Origin: Isurus oxyrinchus | Taxonomy: Eukaryota | Length of the DNA stretch: 64,000 bases | Assembly: GCA_026770705.1 (NCBI GenBank) | Contig: JANJGN010000026.1 | Span: 35,898,001 to 35,962,000 of the forward strand | Reading direction: 5' to 3' | Part shown: piece by piece, positions 41,131-52,126 of the stretch | Layout of the letters: every line of letters begins with the position of its first letter | Numbering within the stretch: position 1 is the first letter of the stretch | Notes under the pieces: generated by a model | Database searches by the model: none | Told to the model about the DNA's origin: nothing | What the model saw: only the letters and a program-made list of their open reading frames with translations | Program-made: the position numbers and the translations under genes

Positions 41131-43164
41131 AAATCATTTGAGCAGAATGGATTATTCCTATTCTGGCAGATATTATGTTAAATTATAGTTCGAGAAAACT
41201 TCAACAAGTCAATCAGTAAATGGGCGGAAAAAAAAATCGAAATTGTCAGCGAGGGGGAAGACGCAGTTCCCAGTGAGTAACAGTAAAACTACTGCGGAAA
41301 CTGAACAGACTGAACCAACAGACAACTGAGAGACTTTGGGGCAAGTTCTCACGATTGCGACGTTCCCATGCAAGAAGCACAAACTGCACAAAGGAAATGG
41401 AGAAATAAAATGTAACTAAATGTAAATATATCAAAATAAGTGGAATTGGAGAAAAATTAAACCTATTGATAGAAGAAATTATGTTTTTTATTTCCAAACA
41501 AATGCTGATTGAAATACATTCAGATAATATTTCTCCTTCCATTTAAAGAATCGTGGTCTCTTAAAATGAGACTGCTACAATCTGAGTGTTGGTAATTATG
41601 ATGCCAAAATGTATCCGCGGTCCCACATTGCAGACGGTGACTCGGGTGATCGGCCACATCCGCCTCTCAGGATTCATGCTTCACGAAGATCACTGTCACT
41701 AGCTGCTGAAGGGACCTTTCATTGTATTAAATGTGCTTTAAAATGCAATTCGTATTTGTGGTAGCTCTGAGGCAAAACATGCTTACGTCATGCGCTGTTC
41801 TGCACCATTTCGCGCCAGTAGCTTTCAAAACCAGAAGGAAATTCGACAATATTTAATGTGCAAAACTTGTGGATGAAGCAGAAAGGCTTTTTCAGGTTTT
41901 TATTTTAGGTTTCGATGAATCAGATGATGTTTATGTCTTTGACTGCACATTAGGGATCAGCGGCAGCCCATCCGGAGCTACTCAAAGGTCGATTAAACAA
42001 TCGACCATGTTTATGTGATGTACAGTCAAACAAGATAGTGTGAGGTCCTCTGCTCCTGAAGTAGTTTCTTGGCCCTTTTCTGCCCTTTTCATGCCTGCCT
42101 GGATTACTGAGCAGCCCATGTCCTTGAACCCGTCAGTTTCCAGGAGCATTTGACTGCGGCCAGTTCACAAGGTTCACTTCAACAGAACGAATTGTTAGAT
42201 CCAGGACAGTTTAAACACAACTAACAGATTTCATCAAGGTGGTGGGTGCGATATTTTAAACAAGTCCCAAACACAGTGTTCGCCCCCATTTCAACTGTCC
42301 TCTGAGTGTGGCTTCATGTTCTAACACTACAACTGGAAACTCTGAATAAACCAGATCTGGAAATCAAACATTGCTTTCTGGAAACATCATTTTAAATGCA
42401 AGTCATAGGGGAAGGTTGCAGCAAGCATTTGTTTCAATGAAGTAGAGAGCTTATTCTTTGTGGTATTTCTGTACTTCCGCCTTAATATTGGCAAAGTCAC
42501 TGGACTGTCTCACATTGTAATCTGATCCTCAGTTCCTGGACTATGGCGGGTGTAAGGCTCCTTCCCTTGGAACAGACTTTCAACGGAAGACCCACCAGCC
42601 AGTTCAGGGAGATGTTTAATAATTTCTGGCACAGGCAGATCTGAAGAAGATTCATACAGACTCGAAACATTAATTCTGTTTCACTCTTCACAGATGCTGC
42701 CAGACTTGTCGCGTTCTTTCCAGCATTTTCTGTTCTTTAATGACAGTTAGAATAAAATTGAGGAAAGAGGGATTCTTTCACACTCCATTCTCAAAAATAC
42801 CATTTGCCAAACACACATGGACAGACCTGCCAGCTCATTACTGTGGAAGAATGAGGGCTGCAGATTTCACTAATGGAAACAAATCCACCTCCCTTGCCCC
42901 ATTACACTGGGCACTGTACATCAGACAAATGGGAGAGGGGACTTCACATCAGGCTTACAGGCCCAATGAAGCAATATGAAACTGCTAGTTCCATTTTTAA
43001 ACCTGTCACTTGTTCAGAAAACACATAGGCAGAGAGATGGGAATGGGGCAGCTAATCAATCATCCACAGGACATCGTCCTCTGCAAATCAACTGTACTAT
43101 CTAAAATATTTCAGTCCAGCTCTGAGTTCCAGTCTCCCTGAGCAGTTCAGATCTGCAGTCTCCT

Positions 43165-43671
43165 ACATTTAAGCAGAACACCGTGGATGCTGGAAACCTG
43201 AAATTAAAACAATAAATGCTGGAAATAACTCAGCTTTTCTGGCAGCACCTTTTATTTTACTCTTTGGATATGGGCGCTACTGGCAAGGCCAGCATTTATT
43301 GGCTATCCGTGCCTTTCAGAGACAACAACATTACTGTGGGTCTGGAGTCATATGTAGGCCAGACCAGGTAAGATTGGCAGATTTTCTTCCCTAAAAGCTG
43401 TTAGTGAACCTGATGGGTTGTTACAACAATCGACAATGGTTTTATGGTCATCCCATTCGACTTTTGATTCCAGATTTTTATTCAATTCTAACTCCACCAT
43501 CTGCCTTGGCTAAACTCGAACCGGGGGGGCCACAGGATATTATCCTGCGACCCTGGACTACTAGCCTAGCAACAACACCACTCCACAGCGATTGGAAATG
43601 TTAACGCTGTTACAATCTCCACAGATGCTGCCAGACTTGCTGAATTTCTGGAGCATTTTCTGTTTTTATTG
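43165..43671. mobile_element. Composite insertion (inverted Penelope ends around a SINE-like piece) in the cassette-2 promoter
   Basis: Flanked by ctgcagtctcct (43153) and ctgcaatctctt (43672). The flanks are contiguous in the paralog at 37860-37880. Confidence 0.75.
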
Positions 43672-43724
43672 CTGCAATCTCTTGCTCCCCGTCATACAAA
43701 CTATCAGCTCCAGGAAGCAGAAGG

Positions 43725-43767
43725 ATGGGAATTTAATTTGTTTTTACCCTCTGTGCCTGTTTACCCC
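43725..43767 (+). pseudogene. Inactivated leader exon of NAR-TCR cassette 2
   Basis: ATG GGA ATT TAA (stop at codon 4, 43734). Donor is gtggct instead of gtgagt. Otherwise colinear with 37913-37955, with the same 148-nt intron. Confidence 0.9.
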
Positions 43768-43915
43768 GTGGCTACCGATGAAACAAACCGATAATGTGTG
43801 GAATTAAGATAATGCTGCCCGAGTCCATCCCAATTACAGACACTGTCATGAGTTTTAGCCCGGTTATTTGGTTTGGCTCTGACGGCCAATTAAACTCTTT
43901 TTGTTTAATTTCCAG

Positions 43916-44260
43916 GCTCTTTCAGTCAGTCAGTGGTACAGACCCCGGCAGCGGTGACCAGGAAGGAGTGCCAGTCCCTCATCATCACCTGTGCTTTCAA
44001 AGGTCATTCTCATCGTTTAGAGGACGGACATTTCTTCAGTCAAACCCAGACCGGGACTGAGCGGGAGCGGATCTCCAGCGGGGAGAGATTTGTTGTGTCA
44101 ATGAATAAAGCAGAAAAGATTTTTTCGCTGGAAATTCGGGATGTGAGAGTTGAAGACACGGCCACCTATTACTGCAAAGCTCAGTATAAATATGGATGTA
44201 GTTCCGTTTGGAAAGATGGTTCTGTAGACGGATCTGGGACAAAGGTGACTGTCACAGCTG
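43916..44260 (+). CDS. Pre-joined NAR-TCR V(D)J exon (open reading frame)
   Basis: tttccag| SFSQSVVQTPAAVTRKECQSLIITCAF...EDTATYYCKAQYKYGCSSVWKDGSVDGSGTKVTVTA g|gtaagt. No RSS between V and J; phase 1 at both ends. Confidence 0.9.
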
Positions 44261-44319
44261 GTAAGTGACTGAAAACCGCGACGTGTTACAAAGTATCCAG
44301 GCAAATAATCTGCAGGGGA

Positions 44320-44650
44320 GGGGTGGCCTCGTGGTAATGCCATTAGACAAGTAACCCAGTAGCCCTGTCAATCCTTTGTGTGCTAACTCTGGTTCATATC
44401 CCACCGCAGCAGCTGGTGGAATCCAAGCACCAGGAGTTAAAAGCTGTTCTTAGTATAGTGATCGTGAAACTACTGCCGATTGTTTCGAACTGCCCAGCAC
44501 CATAATCTGCTTAATGGAAAGAAATCTGCTGTTCTTACCTGGTTTAAACTACATATGACTTCCGACACAAAGCTTTGTGGTTTACCCTTAAACGCTTGGT
44601 GAAATGATGGCCAAGCAAGCTACTTATTTGTATCAAATGGTTACTAAGTC
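44320..44650 (+). mobile_element. tRNA-derived SINE
   Basis: ggtggcctcgtggtaatg (A-box-like) and ggttcatatccc (B-box-like). Confidence 0.6.
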
Positions 44651-47600
44651 TCAAAGAAAAGGATGGAACATGGACCACATCACTTGGCATACCACCGGCA
44701 ATCTGCTTAGGCTTCGGAAATGAGAATGGCAAACCCAGACCTGTCCATCCTTTCAGTGTCCTCCTTACTAACATCTGGAGGTATGTGCTAAAACTGGGAG
44801 AGCTTTCCCACATGTTTGTCAAGCAACAACCTGGCAGAATCAAGCTCACAGAATCATAACGTACAATGTCTTATACAGCACCATCGCTATTCCTGTGCAT
44901 GTCCTGTGCTACCGGCAGGATAGACCCAGAAGTGGCTGCACGATGATATACAGTGAGCAGGGAGTTGCCCTGGGAAGCCTCAATATTAACTGTAGACCAC
45001 AAGGCGTCTCATGGCGCCAGCCCAAACATAGGAAGGAAACTTCCTACTTCTTACCACCTATGTTCGAACCGCCACCTGAGCTGATGAATCAGTACTCCTC
45101 GGTATTAAAACCAATTGATAGAAGTATTGTGTGTGGGAAGGGCTGCACTGGACTCCAGTCAATGTGCTGTGTAAAGGTTAAGATTCATAATCGAGAAAAG
45201 ATCAATATGCGTTGAAGGAAGTGAACAAAGTTTCATCAGGCAGCTTCCTGAGTTAAATGGTTTATCCTATAAGAAGAGGTGAAGGAATGACAGTCTGCAT
45301 TCCCTTGTGTTATGACGTGTCAGATGATGTGTGCTATGGATACAGACACTTTTACACTCTCGCCACTTTAAAAGCCCCATACCAATTCCTGGATTCAATG
45401 TTCTTCTGACACTCGTAGCCTTAAGATTGAACATCTCCGAACTAATCAAAGAATTTCTAACATCCCGCAAAGAGCCCCCAGTTATGATATCACATAATGA
45501 TGTGTGCCAGGCGGGAAAATCCACAAGGGAAACTTCATCGCTCTGTCACAACGGTTTTGCAAACGATATGTGCATTGATTCTGAAGTAATGAGTCCAGCA
45601 AGACCTTTAGAGACTTTTAAGAAATTAAATTAGAAGATTTATTCACAAAATAAAATATTCCAAGCACATACATGAGATGACAAGGTATTTACTACTATAA
45701 CAACTCCTAAAATTCTGAATGAACTTGACTCCCAGTTATACACCCCTTTAAGGCAACAATCCAAATAGATTTTCGATTTAAAACAGAACCAGCAATTTAA
45801 CGTAGCACACACTTGACACTGGAATTCCAAATGTCTTCCCCAACATCACTAACATCACAAAGCAGACATATGCAAAAATGTCTGGCAGCTTCATGAAGGT
45901 TGTTTCACAGACTCATGTTAGATCTTACATGGCCCTCTCCTCACATCGCTTTTCATTCTCCCGTATGTATGTTTCTCTCTCTTTAATACGTAAATTCTAT
46001 TGTTCTATATGTCTTTAAAACTGCATTTTCCTCACAATATGAAAACTTTCATGTTGCCAATATTGTCAGCTCCCTTAGGAGCAAATTAACACGAATTTCT
46101 TAGCCTTTCCTATCTAGCTAATTTTATACAGCCTAGCATCCCTTTGAAGCCCAAATTCCCTTTACACTGTACATGCTAAGCCCCATCCACATTTACAGTC
46201 TTAACATTTCAAGCATATTTCCACACAAATAGCTTCCTTTGATAATTTCAAGCTAGCGGCGTACTTGATTACAAATAAAATCACACAGACAGAGCCAACT
46301 ATACTTACATCCATTAACATACTACAGAATAAACCAGAAAAAAATATTATAAAACTCATTGTACTTTCGCAACAGTAGTTTCGAGGAATGTGAGCTGATC
46401 TCATTGGAACATATCATATTCTAAACGGGCTGACAGGGCAGATACTGCTGGGTATTTCCCCGGGCTACTGTTCTGAACCTGTTGCATTCAATACCTCAGA
46501 GAGCAACGGATATCAGTGGATGAATGGGAGTGTTCCATAGATGTTAGGTTATTAAAAGAAACTAGGAATATGGGAATGTGATGCTTACGTTGAAGATCAG
46601 CCACGATATTATTGAATGTCCGAGCAGGTTTGAAAGTTGTTATGGCCATTTCTGCTTCTCTTTGTAAGATTCTTTGCATTGATTTCTTAAATTTCTGAAA
46701 AAAGAAATCAGCAAAAATGCACATCTCTCTGGAAAGATTGAACAGGCTGGGTCACTGTTCTCTGGAAAACATAGAACCAGGAAGACAATTCAGAGAAATC
46801 TTTTAAATTATGAACGGGTTTAATGGAGTGCATGGGTTAAAGCTGTATATTGGTGGATGAGTCCAGGTCAGTAGAACATTAACATCAGATCGTCACTAAC
46901 AGAACAAAGACATTAAGAAGAAAAATGTGTGCTAAGACGCATCACAATGTGGAATTTGATGCCACATTGAGTGGTTGGAGCAGACATTATTGGTGGATTT
47001 ACGGGAAGGCTGAAAATACAGGAGGGAGAACGGAACATGGATGGAAATGGTCAATTAGATTTCGGGTTGGGGGTACTGGTATGGAGTATACCCACAACAT
47101 AAGTCAATGTGCCGAATGGCTGGTCTCTCTCCTGCAGATTGAGTACAACGAAAAACTTAGAGAAAACTCCGCCCAGAGAACGCCGAGAAAATCAGTCAGA
47201 AGGCGAAAGAATTGAAATCATCAGAGAGGCGGAAGAGGCAGCTCCCAGTGAGTAACAGTAAAACCACTGCGGAAACTGAACAGACTGAGCCCAACCGACA
47301 ACTGATAGAGATTGGGACAAGTTCCCACGATTGCAAGACGTACAAATAGTGCAAAATAAATGTAGAAATAAAATGAAACTAACTATAAATATTTCACATT
47401 AAAGAGAAATGGGGAAACAGAGATCGAAGAAAATAAACTAATAGACACAAGAGCAGATGGAAACTCCTGAGAAGTGTTAACCTGAACCTAATGGGTGACA
47501 TTTCACCATCGATATTCTCTATCTGTTTGACTCGATTGGTGCCGACGAATTGCAATCGCATTCTGTCGGACCTTGCTGTGCGCAGTGATGCGTTATATCT

Positions 47601-48101
47601 GGGTCACTGTCAGACAAATAGTTTTTGGAAACTGACTGTTTCACTGTTAATAAGAAGTTCCCTCGGGTTTGTCTGTCACCGGGGATAATAAAAACAAATC
47701 TAATGTACATAATAGAACCATGCAGCGTGGAAGGATGACATCCGGTCCATAGTGTAGGTGCTGTCCCTATAAAAGTGCAATCCAATTGTTCCCACCGCTC
47801 ATGCATATTCCCCATATTCCTGCATTTTCTCTGCTTCAGAACAGATACATCACCCGTTTGAAAGTTACTACTGAATCTGTTCCCAAAACCCATTCAGATA
47901 GTGAAGCCCTGATCGGAGGAATTCGCTATGGAAGAGAAAATATCACTTCATTCCTCAACTGATCATATTTCAGTAACAGTGAGCAGCGTTCGAACAGGCT
48001 TCAAATCAAGATAAAAAACGCAAAGCTGTTCGCGCGATTGACAAATTCCCCATATCAGCAGTAGCTAAACAAACACAAAATGTTCATTTTTCACCCTTCA
48101 G

Positions 48102-48407
48102 ATTCCAGTCTCCTGATATTCCAGAATCCACCTTTACAAACCTCTGCTGCTGGTGACACCGTTACTTTAAGCTGTGAATATTCAGGTATCTGTCAGTACA
48201 CAGTACACTGGTACCGTCAGTCCCCAGGACAGGCTCCGGAATACCTGCTTCAGAGACACACTTCAGGAGAGGAGCATAAAGAAAATGCTGCCGGGGAGAG
48301 AATTTCTGCTTCTATCGATTCTGCCGAGAAAATCAGCCGGTTAAATATGTCCAAACTACAAGTGAGCCACTCCGCTGTGTATTACTGCGCACTGAGTCGG
48401 CGCACAG
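48102..48407 (+). CDS. Leaderless supporting TCR-delta V segment of NAR-TCR
   Basis: cacccttcag| (D)SSLLIFQNPPLQTSAAGDTVTLSCEYSGICQYTVHWYRQSPGQAPEYLL...SAVYYCALSRRT. Non-canonical CDR1 Cys, phase-1 acceptor, no leader exon seen upstream, followed by a perfect 23-RSS. Confidence 0.92.
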
Positions 48408-48655
48408 CACAGTGATAGAGAGCATGGAGAGAGCCGTACAAAAACCTGAACGTGGTGGGATTACAGACACACAGTGATACAGAGCACGGGAGGGCGCTGT
48501 ACAAAAATTTAACATGTTGGGATTAGAGACACACAGTGACACAGAGCACAGAGAGAGCTGTACAAAAACCTGAACATGGTGGGTTTACAGACACTCAGTG
48601 ATACAGAACACGGAGAGAGCTGTGCAAAATCTTGAACATGTTGGGATTACAGACA
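48408..48655 (+). repeat. Four tandem 62-bp units, each carrying an RSS
   Basis: 48408: cacagtg-23-acaaaaacc. 48470: cacagtg-24-acaaaaatt. 48532: cacagtg-23-acaaaaacc. 48594: ctcagtg-23-gcaaaatct. Confidence 0.95.
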
Positions 48656-49699
48656 CATGGAGATACACAGTGCATGGAAATTTGGAGTACAACTATTGCT
48701 CATGAATATATTTTCAGTGGCTCTTACAATTTTACAGTACAGAATGAAGTGATTAAGCTCATTAAATCTGCATTTCCTTCTCGCTCCTTATAATTCTTGA
48801 TATCTTCTCCTGTCCAATTCGCCTTCAAACATAGTTCATGAAATTATTCCACATTCGCATCTCCCTTTTCCTGGAAAAATTCATAATGTACCGATTTGGA
48901 ATCTAGGGTGAATTTATTGCCGCCTTTTACCTCAGATAACAGCAAATTAGTTTCTTTCTCTTTTGCTGTTGAATCCGCGTTTCCTCGTTTGACTTAATAA
49001 AGCTTCATCATCTCCTGTGATTTTCAGCATTCGGGCTACAATCGGCTGAGAGATTCCGTCCGCTCCAGGGAACACGCAAGAGACCGGGCAGTTCCCAGCT
49101 GAGGGTAGTTTGGGTTTGGATTCACTCCACCAATTATCTTTCCATGGAGGTCAGCATCTCCCACAATTAACGCAGCTGGGAAAGGTCCCTTTGTGTTCAC
49201 GGGCCGCGCTGCAGTGGGTGAGAACATTCGTACCTCAACAGTGATTCCTCTTAAAATAGGGCCGTTCTATATTAATAACCGGCTGCATTTATGTAGAGGT
49301 TACGACCCACAAACATTTTTGAATGCACTTTTCACAAAGATGATGGAAGTTTGCCACTTAGAATCGACGACCCCCCCAACACTTTCCATCAGTCACAGCA
49401 CCATGATTGGCCAATTCCACCATTGAATCAATGGCTGAGCAGAGCCACTTCAATATGCTTGACACTTAACCTCCCTCGCAAATGGCCCAGCACGCCACTC
49501 AATTCAAGGGCAATTAGAGATAGGCAACAAACGCTGGCCTTGCTAGCGACGCCCACATGCCATGAAAGAGTAAATTTCGTGTTTCCTGTCCATTTATTCT
49601 GTTAAAGGCATTCCTTCAGTTCTTCCATTTTCTCACCTCCTTCCTATTTAAGGATTTTTTTTGTTTCTCAAGTAGAAAATGTATAGAATTATTAAATCA

Positions 49700-50470
49700 C
49701 TGAATCGTCACATGATTATATCTCAGATAGAGGCCATTCGCCCTGTAATGTCCGTGCTAGCCCATTTCAAATGCAACTCTCCCAGTCCAACTATCCGTCT
49801 TTTCTCTCTGGCTCTGCAATGCTTTTTCTCTTCAGGTTATTATTTGATACCCTATTGAAAACCATGATTGGACCTGCTGCCACCACACACTCAGGATGTG
49901 CATTTCAGATGTGAATTACTCACCATGGGAAAAGATTTCCATCATGTCGCCATTGCATCTTTTGCCAATCGCCTTGTATTGGAGCCCTTTCATTCTCAAT
50001 CCTTCCCTATATATGTTGTCCATTTTCCGGATCATTTTGCACATCCCTAACAAATCTATCAAATCTCTACTTAATCTTCCCCTCTCCACAGAGAACAACC
50101 ATCCACGTAACTTGAATTAATTTTCATTGGAATCATTCCCATGAGCCTTTTCTGCACCATCTCTCATGCCTTCACTTCCACCCGAAAGTGCGATGGCCAA
50201 AACAACACATAATACTCTAACTGAGGCCAAGTCTTTTGCACAAATTTATCATAATTCCCTTGTTTGCATCCTTTATACCCTATTTATAAAGCCCGGCGTG
50301 CTGTATATTTAGTAACCGTTTTCTCAATCTGCCTTGCGTTATTCAATTATTTATGCACATGGACGCAAAGTCTCCTCTACTCCTGCAGCCCTTTTGCAAC
50401 TGAACCCTTAATTTCATATTGCTTCTTTTCGCTTTTAGTACTAAGATGAATCAGGTCATACTTTTCTGCA
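49700..50470 (-). mobile_element. Degenerate CR1 3' fragment
   Basis: ORF 49916..50098 FSVERGRLSRDLIDL. Confidence 0.7.
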
Positions 50471-50949
50471 TTTACTTGCCACTTGACTCGAGGTCACAGC
50501 TTCAGAATAAAGAGTCATCCATTAGAACGGAGAATGGGAAAAGGATCTGCAGTAGAACTACTGTTGTGAATCTGTGGCATTCTGTAACTCAGAGAGCTGT
50601 GGGTGTTCATCTGTGTATGCAAGACAATATTCGATAGGTTTTGGGTACTAAAAGAATCAGGGGATATGGGGAGAGTGCGGGAATGTGACGTTGAGTTTGG
50701 AAATCAGTCACGATATTATTGAATGGCGGAGCAGCTTTAAAATATGAGATGGACACTTTACCCTGTTTCAGTGATCACTACCCTTGACCTGATGACCTTA
50801 TTTCAGTTATGACTGCAGTGGACCATTCGAAGATACGAGCATACAAAAAGGAGCAGGAGTAGGCCATTCAGTTCCTCGAGCATGTTGCGCCATTTAATAA
50901 GATCATGGATGATCTGATATTAACCTGAAATCTGCATCCCACCTATCCG

Positions 50950-51650
50950 TCTTGAGTGTTGTGGGAGCTGCACGCATCCAGGAAAGAGGAGAGTTTTCCA
51001 TCACACTCCTGACTTGTGCCTTTTAGATGGTGTACAGGCTTTGGGGAGTCCGGAGGTGAGTTACCCGTCGCACGAGTCCTAGCCTCTGACCTGCTCTTGT
51101 TGCCACTATATTTGTATGGCTAGTTCAGCTCAGTTTTTGATCAATAGTAGCCCTCCCAGGATGTTGATAGTGGGGACTCAGTGATAGTAATACTATTGAA
51201 CATCAAGGAGACGATGAATGGACTCTCTCTTGTTGGAGATTGTCATTGCCTGTTATTTGCCACTTGTCAGCCCAAGCCTGGATATTGTCCAGGCCTTACT
51301 GCATTTGGACATGGACTGCTCCAGTAACTGAGGAGTCACGAATGGTGCTGAACATTGTGCAATCATCAGCCAATATCCCCACTTCTTACCTTATGATGGA
51401 AGGAAGGTAATTTATGAAGCAGCTGAAGATGGTTGGGCCTAGGACACTACCCTGAGGGAACACCTGCAGTACTGCCCTGGAGCTGTGATGACTGACCTGC
51501 AACAGCCATAACCACTTTCCTTTGTGCTAAGTATGACTCCAACCTTCGGAGAATTTTTCCCCTGATGCCCACTGATTCCAGTTTTGCTTGGGTTCCTTGA
51601 TGCCACACTCGGGCAAATGCTGTCTTGATATCAAGGGCAGTCTCTCTAAA
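50950..51650 (-). mobile_element. LINE RT fragment, same family as 150-1180
   Basis: Colinear nucleotide similarity with 305-980. Confidence 0.75.
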
Positions 51651-52126
51651 ATTGTTCAGCTATAAGTCAATTTAATGATTTGATTGCACTAAATGATTAA
51701 GAACTAAAATACTTACCAATCAATCAAACACACGATCTAACCTGACTCTTAAAAACATGAACTATTTGGGAACATTGTAGAAATGGGAAGAAACGGTTTT
51801 AGCTTAGAGATCGGGTCTCCGAACCATATCGACAATTATTGGCTGTTTAAAGAGGACTCCAAGAAATGGCTTGGTGGGAAGGAGAGGTAATTGTGCCGCA
51901 GAATTGGCAAGCAGCAGATCACCCAAAAAGATATGGAACCATCCACCTGGCCGATGTTACAAATGGAAGGCATGAAACCGTGAGTCCTTCTGTTTGTTCA
52001 CTGAACTGTAACTAAGGTGCATGTTTTAACCTAATTGTTCCTTTGAGATTTTCAGCCAGTATAAGTTGAAAGCGTCTCAGAGCTAAGGTTCACAGCTTGC
52101 AGAATTCCTTTAGTTTCTGAAAGGAA

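Noticed and set aside
41680-42300. Remnant of a second supporting V-delta (gatcactgtcactagctgc; cacagtg at 42272)
   Set aside because: No WYRQ or YYC motif and no correctly spaced nonamer.
37913-44260. IgNAR antibody cluster
   Set aside because: There is only one D and no NAR constant exons. The FR1 Cys and the downstream leaderless TCR V with a CDR1 Cys indicate NAR-TCR.
48408-48655. CRISPR-like repeat-spacer array
   Set aside because: The whole 62-bp unit is repeated with no unique spacers. The context is eukaryotic and the motifs are RSS.
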